Positions 25,246 to 34,613 of a stretch of 64,000 nt of DNA are shown here, in pieces. The DNA is taken from positions 8 to 64,007 of the forward strand of contig CAVHPV010000002.1 in NCBI GenBank assembly GCA_963638045.1, given 5' to 3'. Source of the DNA: Faecalibacterium sp. CAG:74 (GTDB lineage Bacteria > Spirochaetota > Spirochaetia > Sphaerochaetales > Sphaerochaetaceae). The number at the start of each line of letters is the position of its first letter. Within the stretch, counting starts at the first letter, position 1. A program made the position numbers and the translations under genes. The notes under the pieces were generated by a model. That model searched no databases. It was not told the DNA's origin and saw nothing but the letters and a program-made list of their open reading frames with translations.

Positions 25246-28218
25246 ATGTCTCAGTTTATTGTTAATGGAAAATCAATAATTGTTGAAAAGAACATAAGCC
25301 TCCTGAGATATCTCAGGGATGATTTGAGGCTGACATCAGTCAAAGACGGATGCAGCGAGGGTGCATGCGGTACCTGCACAGTCGTTATTGATGGTGAAGC
25401 TGTGAAAGCTTGCACATATACAACCGGCTCTGTAGATGGAAAATCCGTCCTCACTGTCGAAGGACTGAGCGACAGAGAAAAGGATCTTTACACCTATGCC
25501 TTCGGCGAGGCAGGTGCTGTCCAGTGCGGGTTCTGTATTCCAGGTATGGTCATGTGTGCTAAAGCCCTGCTCGACAGAAATACTAATCCGACAGAGAAAG
25601 AAATAAGACACGCTATCAGAAATAACATATGCAGATGCACCGGATACGTGAAAATCGTAAAGGCCATCGAAATAGCCGCCTCGATATTAAGGGGAGAAGA
25701 AGAGATAAAATCGGAGAATGTGAAGTGGAAGATCGGGGAGCGTGTACACAGAGTCGATGTCAGAGAGAAGGTCACCGGAACGGGGCTCTATCCCGATGAT
25801 CTCTATGTTGACGGTATGCTCCATGCATCCTGCGTAAGAAGCAAATATCCCAGGGCAAGAATCCTCTCGCTGGACACAACCGAGGCTGAGAAGCAGCCAG
25901 GGATAGTAAAAGTATTCACTGCCAAAGATGTTCCGGGTAACAAGGTTGTAGGTCACCTATGCAAGGACTGGGATGCCTTCATTGACGTGGGAGAGATCAC
26001 CCACTTTCTGGGCGACCCCATCGCACTCATTGTCGGAGAGACTATCGAAGAGATCGAGAGGGCAAAGAAATTTGTAAAAATTGAATATGAGGAGCTGCCG
26101 TTTGTCGACGGACCGTACAGTGCCATGGAGGAAGGTGCCCCGCTGGTACATGACAATGCACCGGGCAACCTTGCTGTGGAGAAACATGTATCCCGGGGAA
26201 ATGCAGATGAAGCGATAAAGAGGAGCGACTATGTCTATTCCTCACACTTCTCCACTCCATTCACGGAACATGCATTCCTTGAGCCTGAGTGTGCTCTCTC
26301 TGTTCCCTATGAGGACGGGGTAAGGATTTACTCGACCGACCAGGGAGTTTATGACACACTCCATGAGACAGCACCGTTTTTAGGACTTCCATATGAGAAA
26401 GTCGAAGTCCATAATTGTCTTGTCGGAGGAGGCTTCGGCGGAAAGGAGGACGTGACTGTACAACACCTCTCAGCACTCGCTGCATATCTCTTGAAGCGTC
26501 CAGTGAAGATGAAGCTCACCAGGGCGGAATCAATCCTCTTCCACCCCAAACGCCACCCCATGGAGATGGACTTCACGGTCGGCATAGACAAAACAGGAAG
26601 AATACAGGGCGTCAAGGCAAAGGTAGTAGCAGACACAGGTGCCTACATGTCTCTTGGAGGACCTGTTCTCGAGAGAGCATGTACACATGCCTCCGGACCA
26701 TACAACTATCAGAATTTCCAGATAGACGGTTACGCTTACTATACTAACAACCCTCCTGCCGGCGCATTCAGGGGCTTCGGAGTAACCCAGACATGTTTCG
26801 GAATCGAGAATATGCTCAATTCCCTTGCGCGTCAAATCGGCATTACCGAGTGGGATATAAGATACATAAATGCAATAAGGCCGGGACAGGAACTCCCCAA
26901 CGGCCAGATAGCAGATGACTCGACAGGACTGGTTGAGACACTACTCGCCGTAAAAGATATCTACGACAGAGAGAAGATCAAAGGTATTGCCTGTGCAATG
27001 AAGAATGCCGGTGTCGGAGTCGGGCTTCCCGACTGGGGGCGTGTCAGGATAAAGATCGAGAACGGGAAGGCCCATATACACTGTGCAGGCTCATGCATAG
27101 GCCAGGGGCTGTGGACCGTCCTCAAGATGATCACAGCAGACATCACAGGTCTTGATGAAGACCTCATCGTAGTCGATAAGGCATCAACCCTAGACCCAGA
27201 CAGCGGAACAACAAGCGGAAGCCGTCACACTACAGTCACGGGAGAAGCATCGAGGAGGGCAGCCCTCCTTTTAAAGGATGCCCTTAAGGACAAATCACTA
27301 TCACAGCTCGAGGGAGAGGAATACTATGCCGAGTACCTTGCAAAGACAGACAAGATGGGTTCCCCTATCCCCCACCCCGTGAGCCATGTCGCATACGGTT
27401 ATGCTACACAGCTGTGTATTCTCAACGATGACGGGACAATCAAGGAGATGGTTGCTGCCCATGATGTCGGAAGGGCCATCAACCCGACAAACGTGGAAGG
27501 TCAGATAGAAGGCGGTGTCGTAATGGGTATGGGATATGCATTGAGGGAAAGATACAGGGTTGAGAACTGTAAACCCCTTGAGAAGTACGGCTCCCTCGGG
27601 CTCTTCAGGGCAGATGAGCTTCCTCCCATCAGGTCAATCATCGTTGAAAAGGAAGGGCTCAAGACATCATCCGGTGCAATCGGTATCGGGGAGATTACAT
27701 CAATCCCGACAGCCCCCGCAATAAGCAATGCATACTACCACTGGGACCATGTTCTCCATCATTCGCTCCCGCTTGAGAGTACACCATATCTTCTTGTCCC
27801 GAGTGAGAAGAAGACATTGAGTAAAGGAAAGAGACTCTTTGTAAACCCAGGAGTAAAGTGTATAGGATGCCTTGAATGTGTCCGTGCCTGTTCGGAGATG
27901 TTCTACAAAGAGAAGGACAGACGCTACGGGGCACTCAAAATTGAAGAGAAAAACGGAGAATGGAAGCCTTCTGTCTGTATACAGTGCGGTAAATGCGCCA
28001 GAGCATGCCCGCATGGAGCAATTAAACAGCTCCCCAACGGAGTATGGACGATAGATAAAAAATTCTGCACAGGATGCGGAGAATGCCGGAAGGTATGCCC
28101 GATGGGCGTCATGGTGACAAGTCCAGTCACAGGTCAGGCAGGAAAGTGCATAGCATGCGGCAGGTGCGTCTCAGTCTGTCCGCTTGATGTGCTCCAGATA
28201 GCTACAAGCCGGAGCTGA
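25246..28218 (+). CDS. Molybdopterin aldehyde oxidoreductase (XDH family) fused to N-terminal 2x[2Fe-2S] and C-terminal 2x[4Fe-4S] ferredoxin domains
   Basis: 990 aa. CSEGACGTC, CGFCIPG and CRCTGY (2Fe-2S). A long Moco-binding region (GGGFGGKE). The C-terminus has four Cys clusters: CIGCLECVRAC, CIQCGKCARACP, CTGCGECRKVCP, CIACGRCVSVCP. Confidence 0.8.
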   Translation: MSQFIVNGKSIIVEKNISLLRYLRDDLRLTSVKDGCSEGACGTCTVVIDGEAVKACTYTTGSVDGKSVLTVEGLSDREKDLYTYAFGEAGAVQCGFCIPGMVMCAKALLDRNTNPTEKEIRHAIRNNICRCTGYVKIVKAIEIAASILRGEEEIKSENVKWKIGERVHRVDVREKVTGTGLYPDDLYVDGMLHASCVRSKYPRARILSLDTTEAEKQPGIVKVFTAKDVPGNKVVGHLCKDWDAFIDVGEITHFLGDPIALIVGETIEEIERAKKFVKIEYEELPFVDGPYSAMEEGAPLVHDNAPGNLAVEKHVSRGNADEAIKRSDYVYSSHFSTPFTEHAFLEPECALSVPYEDGVRIYSTDQGVYDTLHETAPFLGLPYEKVEVHNCLVGGGFGGKEDVTVQHLSALAAYLLKRPVKMKLTRAESILFHPKRHPMEMDFTVGIDKTGRIQGVKAKVVADTGAYMSLGGPVLERACTHASGPYNYQNFQIDGYAYYTNNPPAGAFRGFGVTQTCFGIENMLNSLARQIGITEWDIRYINAIRPGQELPNGQIADDSTGLVETLLAVKDIYDREKIKGIACAMKNAGVGVGLPDWGRVRIKIENGKAHIHCAGSCIGQGLWTVLKMITADITGLDEDLIVVDKASTLDPDSGTTSGSRHTTVTGEASRRAALLLKDALKDKSLSQLEGEEYYAEYLAKTDKMGSPIPHPVSHVAYGYATQLCILNDDGTIKEMVAAHDVGRAINPTNVEGQIEGGVVMGMGYALRERYRVENCKPLEKYGSLGLFRADELPPIRSIIVEKEGLKTSSGAIGIGEITSIPTAPAISNAYYHWDHVLHHSLPLESTPYLLVPSEKKTLSKGKRLFVNPGVKCIGCLECVRACSEMFYKEKDRRYGALKIEEKNGEWKPSVCIQCGKCARACPHGAIKQLPNGVWTIDKKFCTGCGECRKVCPMGVMVTSPVTGQAGKCIACGRCVSVCPLDVLQIATSRS

Positions 28219-29050
28219 TCTCCTTCCATAGCCCATCCACAAGAAGAGCCCTGAAACGCTGGGGCTCATTCTTCAATGCATCTTCAAGTTCATTGCGACT
28301 ACGTGGAGGATTGAGTGAGATCGAAAGAAGGTTGTGCTTGTCCATGACACGGGAAGCAGGAACATTGAAACGCCGTGCGATATTGTCCCTAACAATAAAG
28401 AATGCCTTGAGCCTCTCCTTTTCATCCTTTTTCATCTTCTTCCAGTTCCCTATATGTCTCCAGCCCGGGACAGGTTCCTTCACAGCAGAGACCCGTTTGA
28501 GACCGGCTGCCATCTCCTTTTCAAGGTTCCTCTTTCTTATCTCATCGAGGAGAACTTTCTTGAGGTCAAAGAGATACATTACGTCTGTCAGGGCATACTC
28601 TATAAGTGCCATATCGAGAGGACGCACCAGCCAGTTCGCCTGCTGGTTCTTCTTTTTGTCTATGTTGATTTCCTTTCCCAGGAAGATTTCAATCAGGCTC
28701 AGAAGGTTACCGTTGTATCCAAGAAGGAGAGCAGGCACCCTGACATCAAAGACATTGGCAATCTTCAATCTGTACTTCTTGTAAACAAGAGATGCATCAC
28801 CCTGTATGTCGAACCATATCTTCTCACAGGGAGAGGAGAAGAAAGCTTCAAGACCGAGAGCTGTTACATCAGGGCTTCTTACATCAATAAGGTAGTAACG
28901 CTTACTGTCATAAATCTGAATAAGGCAAAGGTGTTCCCCGTAGATATGGAGATTGGACTCCCCCTCGAAGTCGACGGCAAGCGGGCATCCGTTCCAATCC
29001 GCCAAAGCTGAGAGGATCTTCTCATCACTGTCAAGAGTCGTGTAAATCAT
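28202..29050 (-). CDS. RNase D-like DEDDy 3'-5' exonuclease with HRDC-like tail
   Basis: Exo motifs AVDFEGE, WFDIQGDASL and YALTDVMYL. C-terminal FIVRDNIARRFNVPASRVM resembles HRDC. The ATG at 29050 forms an ATGA overlap with the WYL gene stop. Confidence 0.7.
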   Translation of the reverse strand: MIYTTLDSDEKILSALADWNGCPLAVDFEGESNLHIYGEHLCLIQIYDSKRYYLIDVRSPDVTALGLEAFFSSPCEKIWFDIQGDASLVYKKYRLKIANVFDVRVPALLLGYNGNLLSLIEIFLGKEINIDKKKNQQANWLVRPLDMALIEYALTDVMYLFDLKKVLLDEIRKRNLEKEMAAGLKRVSAVKEPVPGWRHIGNWKKMKKDEKERLKAFFIVRDNIARRFNVPASRVMDKHNLLSISLNPPRSRNELEDALKNEPQRFRALLVDGLWKEISSGL

Positions 29051-29973
29051 TTTATTGCCTCTGCACACTTTGTGATGATCGCTCTGTAGCGTGCGACAAA
29101 TTCCTCAGGCGCCACAGGCTCACTCTCCGGGGAATATGAGAGAAGTTTTCCCATAATCTCCACATCACTCACCGCAGGGACCGAGAGCTCATAGGAATTG
29201 TCATCATTCCACTTTCCCTTCTGCTCTTTATGCCATATTTGATTGGAGACGATATTGGCCGCCACCCCCCTGAACCTGACTGTATACCACACCGGATCCT
29301 CATTTCCCGAAAATATACCATAACTTCCCTCGTTGGCCCTGAGCTTCTCACTGTCATAGACGAAATGTTTCTCCGTGTACTTAACGTCCACTATCCTCGA
29401 AAGGGAATATGTCCTTATACTTCCATATTCAGTCTCTGCCCTGAGATACCAGATCTGAGAGTAGTTGATGAGCACCATCGGGTTGATGTCGAGTACAGTC
29501 TCCTTCCCCTGCGAGTTTATGTATCTCAAAGTGACTGTGCGCCTCTCCTTTATTGCACTTACAAGTTCCGTGAAGATTGAGTAATTCACCTTCTCGAGGG
29601 CTGTGTACATATATCTGACAGGAGCACTGTCATCCGATGCGGTGCTGTCTGCGGCTCCGAATTGTTCTTTGAGTGGGTTACCCTGTGCGCGTGAGAGAGC
29701 ATCGGCAATAGTCGAGTTGACAAATGCCTCATTGAGGCGAGGCTTATCACCGGTGAAGACATAATATTTCTTGTTCTCTTTTCTGATATATTCAACAGAG
29801 GAGAATTTGTCCATGTACCCGATATCTGTCAGCCGCTCCCTGATGAAGTCGATATCTCTTCTGAACTCTCTGTTTGAAATTCCGTACCTGTCTCTTATGT
29901 AGCCGTAATTAAGTCTCCCGTCATCAAGACAGAGAACATTAATCATGTCCATTATCCGCTCTAATCTGCTCAC
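29047..29973 (-). CDS. WYL-domain transcriptional regulator (HTH-WYL-WCX type)
   Basis: N-terminal HTH (RLERIMDMINVL...YGISNREFRRDIDFIRERL). WYL region IWYLRAETEYGSIRTYSLSRIVDV. GTG start at 29973 (uncertain). Confidence 0.7.
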   Translation of the reverse strand: MSRLERIMDMINVLCLDDGRLNYGYIRDRYGISNREFRRDIDFIRERLTDIGYMDKFSSVEYIRKENKKYYVFTGDKPRLNEAFVNSTIADALSRAQGNPLKEQFGAADSTASDDSAPVRYMYTALEKVNYSIFTELVSAIKERRTVTLRYINSQGKETVLDINPMVLINYSQIWYLRAETEYGSIRTYSLSRIVDVKYTEKHFVYDSEKLRANEGSYGIFSGNEDPVWYTVRFRGVAANIVSNQIWHKEQKGKWNDDNSYELSVPAVSDVEIMGKLLSYSPESEPVAPEEFVARYRAIITKCAEAIK

Positions 29974-30046
29974 ATGGTTATTATAGAAGCAAAAAGAGAC
30001 AAAGACTATTCATCTCTGTCTCTTTTATGACTAATGATGTAACAAA

Positions 30047-31069
30047 TTATCTCAGCCCGAAGCGTGATACGAATGCCTCGGCATTCTGAATGGAACCGCC
30101 GGCTGCTCCCTTGACGATGTTGTTGACAAGAAGACAGAAGCCGATTTTGCCCTCTTTCTTTCTCAATCTACCCGTATAGACAACCATTCCTTTCGGGTTA
30201 CCCCAGAAAGCATACTTCGGCTGCGGGAATGTATTCTCTGCCGAATACTGCACAGGCTGAGCTGGAGTCGAAGGAAGATCCACTTCGTCCTTGAAGTCTG
30301 CCCATGCCTTGATTATATCCTCGCACTCAACATCCTTCTCAAGGTCAAGCCAGACTGTCTCAAGGTGTCCGAACATGACAGGAACACGCACTGTGAATGC
30401 ATAGACAGTCGGATTGATGGAGAGTATCTTCTTGATCTCCTTGTCTATCTTCTCCTCTTCTCCCTTGATGAATGGGATACAGTTATCTGTTATGTCAAAG
30501 GATGAGAGCCCCGGGTACCCTGCTCCCGATACGCTCTGGTAGCTGTTGACTGTAATTGTCTTTATACCAAACTTCCTCAAAGGGGCTAGTGCCATTGCAA
30601 GACCGGTTGTGACACAGTTGGCATTGGTGACACAGAAACCTGTCTGAGGATAGCCTTGAGCACGTATGAGATCCAGCTGTTCAACGTTCGTCTCAGGAAT
30701 AAGGATAGGCACATCAGAGTCATAACGCATAGCGGCAGCATTGCTGAAAACATAGAAACCGTTAGCCCTCAGCTGGGGCTCAGCCTCCCTGGCAACCTCT
30801 GCAGGAAGAGCAGAGAACACTATCCTGACTCCCGCCTCAAGCATGGCATCATGATTGAATTCCTTTATCTCAAGGTCCTTAATCTGAGATGGCATTTCAA
30901 ACGGCATAACCCAGTGAACTGTCTCGGAGTATTTCATTCCTACTCTGGCAGCAGAAGCAGTAACATAACTAAGCTCAAACCATGGGTGGTCTGAGAGCAT
31001 CCACATAAAAACCTGTCCAACAGCACCGGTTGCACCCAATACGGCAACCTTGATTTTCTTGTTGTCCAT
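30047..31069 (-). CDS. asd: Aspartate-semialdehyde dehydrogenase
   Basis: VAVLGATGAVGQ NAD(P) fold, NANCVTTG active-site Cys region, QSVSGAGY. Confidence 0.9.
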   Translation of the reverse strand: MDNKKIKVAVLGATGAVGQVFMWMLSDHPWFELSYVTASAARVGMKYSETVHWVMPFEMPSQIKDLEIKEFNHDAMLEAGVRIVFSALPAEVAREAEPQLRANGFYVFSNAAAMRYDSDVPILIPETNVEQLDLIRAQGYPQTGFCVTNANCVTTGLAMALAPLRKFGIKTITVNSYQSVSGAGYPGLSSFDITDNCIPFIKGEEEKIDKEIKKILSINPTVYAFTVRVPVMFGHLETVWLDLEKDVECEDIIKAWADFKDEVDLPSTPAQPVQYSAENTFPQPKYAFWGNPKGMVVYTGRLRKKEGKIGFCLLVNNIVKGAAGGSIQNAEAFVSRFGLR

Positions 31070-31310
31070 ACTTTACCAACTCCTTTGAGGTAAAAATTAC
31101 CTAACTATATCTAATGAAGGGGGAATGGACAATAGATATAAGGGAAAAGAATGTAAAATTCTAACAGAATGTTATGATAAAAACATTAATGATTGTTTAC
31201 TGAGGATCGAATAGCATAAATTATTGTCACGCATAATAAAAATTGATAGACTGTCGGTATGGCTTTTTTTAAGCTCTTTTGCTTATAATGGTCTTCCCTA
31301 AGGAGTAACA

Positions 31311-31760
31311 ATGGCTAGTAAGAAAGAAAATCTTGTACTTGGATTAGGCTGTATCTCATGTGCACACAACAAAGACATCAATCTTTATAAGGATATGTAT
31401 AAGAAATCCACAGAAAAGATTCCTTCCCATGCTGAAGAGGGAACCGAGTTCTTCAAGGCTCTCATGAAAAATTCGCCTTCAAGAACAGAGTGCAGATTCT
31501 ATAACAGCGATGACGGCCTTCTTTGTGAATACTTCGTAGAGCGTGACTATTGCAAGGATGACAGCTGCCCTGACTATCTTGCCGTAAAGTTCGAGAAAGC
31601 TCCGGTCACACGCACTCATGCAATCACAGATGAGGAGAGAGAGCCGGCTGAAGGAGAAATCAGGGAAGTTGAAAGTGAAGACGAGGAAGAGGAGTTCTCA
31701 GGAGAGAATGAGAATGATGAGCCCGTTGAACTTGAAGATGACGAGAATTACACAGAATAA
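31311..31760 (+). CDS. Hypothetical Cys-containing protein with a highly acidic C-terminal tail
   Basis: 149 aa. Good SD (AAGGAG) and a strong terminator downstream. No family recognised. Confidence 0.55.
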   Translation: MASKKENLVLGLGCISCAHNKDINLYKDMYKKSTEKIPSHAEEGTEFFKALMKNSPSRTECRFYNSDDGLLCEYFVERDYCKDDSCPDYLAVKFEKAPVTRTHAITDEEREPAEGEIREVESEDEEEEFSGENENDEPVELEDDENYTE

Positions 31761-31779
31761 TTATTTTCCACCAGTATAC

Positions 31780-31809
31780 AGAGAGGACTTTGTGTCCTCT
31801 CTTTTTTTA
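31780..31809 (+). terminator. Rho-independent terminator
   Basis: AGAGAGGAC-tttgt-GTCCTCTCT followed by TTTTTTT. Confidence 0.85.
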
Positions 31810-32185
31810 TTCCACAGTCAACCGAACAGTTAAACTCGAAGTCAATATAATCAGGACTTCATACTAAAAAACTAAACAATATGATTATTTAGTAAAGAAA
31901 ACATTAACAATTTATATAAGATCAGTTATAACTTACTCAGATAGCTCTCGGCAACATCCTCGGAGTACCGAAACAGTATGTCTCAGACATGGAGCACGGG
32001 AGATGACCAATATCAAAAGAGATGACCAAGAAGAATGCTTCAGCACTCGGCTATCCAGTCACACTGTTCATATAAGCAAGACCCCGGTGCCTTTCAAAGG
32101 AGGGGGAGAAACACACCGGGGATGTCCCAAGAAGGGATCACAAAAACAGAGTAAATCACAGCCCGTTTATCTTCAAGAGTCTGAA

Positions 32186-32887
32186 TCAATCCAAAGAGTA
32201 AATTTCAATCACATCAACAAAGCCGAGTTTCTCAAGCGAGGAGATAATCTCCGTGGAATCATTCTTCGTCATCGAGATAATTGAAGCTGAGAGAATGACA
32301 TTACCATCCTCCTCTCTTCTTGTGATTGATATGTTCTTCAGAAGAAGTCCCTCTTTCTCTATTGCATCTTTAGCCTGTTCAACTGTGAGATTATTTCTTG
32401 TGAGGTTAATCTGCACAGAGCCGTTGTTGCTGTTGAATGATTTATGCTCTCCCCTGTGCACTATAAGCTGGATGAGTATAATCAATGCCGTACATGCAAT
32501 GCCGAGAACATAAAGCCCCGAGCCGATTGTCAATCCGATTCCGACTGTAGCCCAGAGCCCCGCAGCTGTCGTGACTCCGACAATGTTATCTTTCTTCACA
32601 AAGATGACACCGGCACCCAAAAAACCTATTGCCTGCACAACTCCGGCTGCCACACGGGAAGCGTCAACCTGCACCGACTGGAGATAGACCACATCCATGA
32701 ATGCGTATTTTGATATAACCATCATCAAGGAGGACGCAAGAGCTACAAGCATATGAGTCCTGAGCCCTGCACTCTTGAGTCTTCTCTCCCTCTCCCATCC
32801 GATGAACATCCCGCAAACAGAGGACAGGATTACCCTGAGGACAAATTCTATTTGCAATGTATTCGTTACAGTGAACTCCGGCATCAT
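32186..32887 (-). CDS. MgtC/SapB-family membrane protein with C-terminal ACT-like domain
   Basis: GWERERRLKSAGLRTHMLVALASSL signature and four to five TM segments. Start at an ATG preceded by AAGGTGG. Confidence 0.8.
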   Translation of the reverse strand: MMPEFTVTNTLQIEFVLRVILSSVCGMFIGWERERRLKSAGLRTHMLVALASSLMMVISKYAFMDVVYLQSVQVDASRVAAGVVQAIGFLGAGVIFVKKDNIVGVTTAAGLWATVGIGLTIGSGLYVLGIACTALIILIQLIVHRGEHKSFNSNNGSVQINLTRNNLTVEQAKDAIEKEGLLLKNISITRREEDGNVILSASIISMTKNDSTEIISSLEKLGFVDVIEIYSLD

Positions 32888-32953
32888 CACCACCTTATTT
32901 TGAGATTACATTCTTAAGGCCGGAAAAGTTTTAGTCAAGACAAAAAACACAAA

Positions 32954-33682
32954 TTACTCAAAGATTCCGCCAAGCATAACCAGAGCTAATCCAACCATTA
33001 TCCAGAGTAATGACCAAAGCCTGTTTTTTCCCCTGATTATGTCACCAAGAAGTTCCCAGAAAAGAATGTAAAGGACCATACCGAGGGCAATAGGAGTCAG
33101 CACACCGACAAGGGTTACACTTATATATGTCTCGAGAAGCATCATAAGTATGCCACCGAGGAAGGTTGAGAGACTGGAAACAGAAAAGATAACGGCCTTC
33201 TTTCCACGGCTCTCTGTACGTGTTGTGGAATATATAAGCATCCCCATCGGGATATTGTGGAGAGCAACTCCCAGTGCAAGGAGGATTCCTGAGGTAAGAG
33301 AGATTGAAGCAAGTGAATAAACACTCATGCCCTCGACTGTATTATGTATGGCTATTGCAAGAGTTGCCATTATCCCTATGTGGACCAGATTTCCATCATG
33401 GCTTGTCTCCTTCCCCTCATGCTCCGGCACAAGCCTGTCCAGGAGAAAGAGGACAATAAATCCGGTTAGAGTGAAAAGAATTGCTTTCCACCATGTGACA
33501 CTTCCCTCCCCTATACCCTGGACCATCTCCGGGATGATATCAAAAGCGACGACGGCAAGCATTGCGCCGAAGCTTAGAGCAACGGAAATCTCCTCGACCT
33601 TATCATTATCTTTTACAAGTCCCCCGAGAGCTATTCCCAGGAGAAACACTATACTCAAACCCAAAGTCACCATCAGAGGCAT
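32954..33682 (-). CDS. ZIP-family divalent metal (zinc) transporter
   Basis: AIHNTVEGMS and ALHNIPMGML motifs (HNxxEG/HNxPxG). Start at MPLMVTLG, one nt after the Fur-family stop, with AAGGAG upstream. Confidence 0.8.
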   Translation of the reverse strand: MPLMVTLGLSIVFLLGIALGGLVKDNDKVEEISVALSFGAMLAVVAFDIIPEMVQGIGEGSVTWWKAILFTLTGFIVLFLLDRLVPEHEGKETSHDGNLVHIGIMATLAIAIHNTVEGMSVYSLASISLTSGILLALGVALHNIPMGMLIYSTTRTESRGKKAVIFSVSSLSTFLGGILMMLLETYISVTLVGVLTPIALGMVLYILFWELLGDIIRGKNRLWSLLWIMVGLALVMLGGIFE

Positions 33683-33683
33683 T

Positions 33684-34076
33684 CTATCTATTCTCCTTTG
33701 TTGCACACTCAGGACACTTCCCGGTAAAAACCGTGGAGAGACATGAGCTGAAGCCCAGACGGGTCTCCAGTATTTTCTCTATCTCGCAGCTTGTCTCCTC
33801 ATCTATATGGACAGTCTTCCCACACTCTGTACATCTTATGTGCATGTGACGGGGACATGTATTCCCGTCTGAAAGCTGGTAGAGAGCACACCGCCTTGAG
33901 TCAGAACCCACCTTCCTGATTACCCCGTCACTCTCCAGCTGATCCACTATACGGTAGACAGAGCTCTTCGGTATATCATCAAGAGCGCAGAGGATATCAT
34001 TAAGGGTGAATGATGAGGACGGATTCCCGCTAAAAAGAGAAAGTACCCTCTTCTTTGACTGTGTCGAATAGTGCAT
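33684..34076 (-). CDS. Fur-family metalloregulator (Zur-like)
   Basis: Winged-helix SSVYRIVDQLESDGVIRKV. Metal sites CPRHMHIRCTECGK and GKCPEC. Start placed at MHYSTQSKK (no SD; possibly a short-leader mRNA). Confidence 0.7.
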   Translation of the reverse strand: MHYSTQSKKRVLSLFSGNPSSSFTLNDILCALDDIPKSSVYRIVDQLESDGVIRKVGSDSRRCALYQLSDGNTCPRHMHIRCTECGKTVHIDEETSCEIEKILETRLGFSSCLSTVFTGKCPECATKENR

Positions 34077-34081
34077 AAAAG

Positions 34082-34112
34082 TGAGAATAATTCTCATTTT
34101 CCAGAGTGTCAA
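34082..34112 (-). promoter_or_regulatory. Candidate promoter with overlapping Fur/Zur-box-like palindrome
   Basis: The minus strand reads TTGACA (34112-34107), a 17-nt spacer, then TATTCT (34089-34084). A 7-1-7 palindrome TGAGAAT-a-ATTCTCA (34082-34096) overlaps the -10. Confidence 0.5.
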
Positions 34113-34179
34113 TAATCTCTCCACAAAAACAACACCTTAAACTGTTGGAAAAATGACAATTGGAGGTTATCTTTAAGCC

Positions 34180-34611
34180 ATGAACAATTATCGTGGTCAG
34201 TTTTCCGGGCGTTACGGGGCTGACGAGCTCTCTGTCACACTCATTGTGACAGGCATCCTCTCCCTCCTCGCCTATCCCATATTCACATTAGAATACCTGA
34301 GGATCATCTTCATTGCCCTTGGTTCTGTATTGATTGCCGTTGCCGTTTTCCGCAGTCTCTCTACAAATATAGCGAAGAGAAGATATGAAAACGACAGCTT
34401 CCTCTCTCTCTTCAAAGAATCAAGCAAAGAGGAGAAGAAGAGAATAAAGGAAGAGGAGAAGGCAAAAAAGGCAAAGAGAAAGGAAGACGAGAAGATTTAT
34501 GCATACTTCCATTGTCCGAAGTGCCGTAAGGAGCTCAGGGTTCCCCGCGGCAAGGGTAAAATCAGAATCAAATGTCCGAATTGCTCGGAAGAATTCATCA
34601 GGAAGACCTGA
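34180..34611 (+). CDS. Membrane protein with C-terminal zinc ribbon
   Basis: 143 aa. Two TM segments, a Lys/Glu-rich linker, then CPKCRKELRVPRGKGKIRIKCPNC. Confidence 0.55.
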   Translation: MNNYRGQFSGRYGADELSVTLIVTGILSLLAYPIFTLEYLRIIFIALGSVLIAVAVFRSLSTNIAKRRYENDSFLSLFKESSKEEKKRIKEEEKAKKAKRKEDEKIYAYFHCPKCRKELRVPRGKGKIRIKCPNCSEEFIRKT

Positions 34612-34613
34612 TT

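Noticed and set aside
28202-28218. Convergent 17-nt gene overlap (AOR/exonuclease) and 19-nt overlap (J-protein/TetR, 36001-36019) as regulatory antisense features
   Set aside because: Short convergent overlaps are common in compact genomes. Nothing else in the sequence (promoters, hairpins) suggests a specific mechanism.
32003-32284. 93-aa plus-strand ORF downstream of mgtC
   Set aside because: It overlaps the 3' end of mgtC on the opposite strand, is basic and low-complexity, and has no SD.
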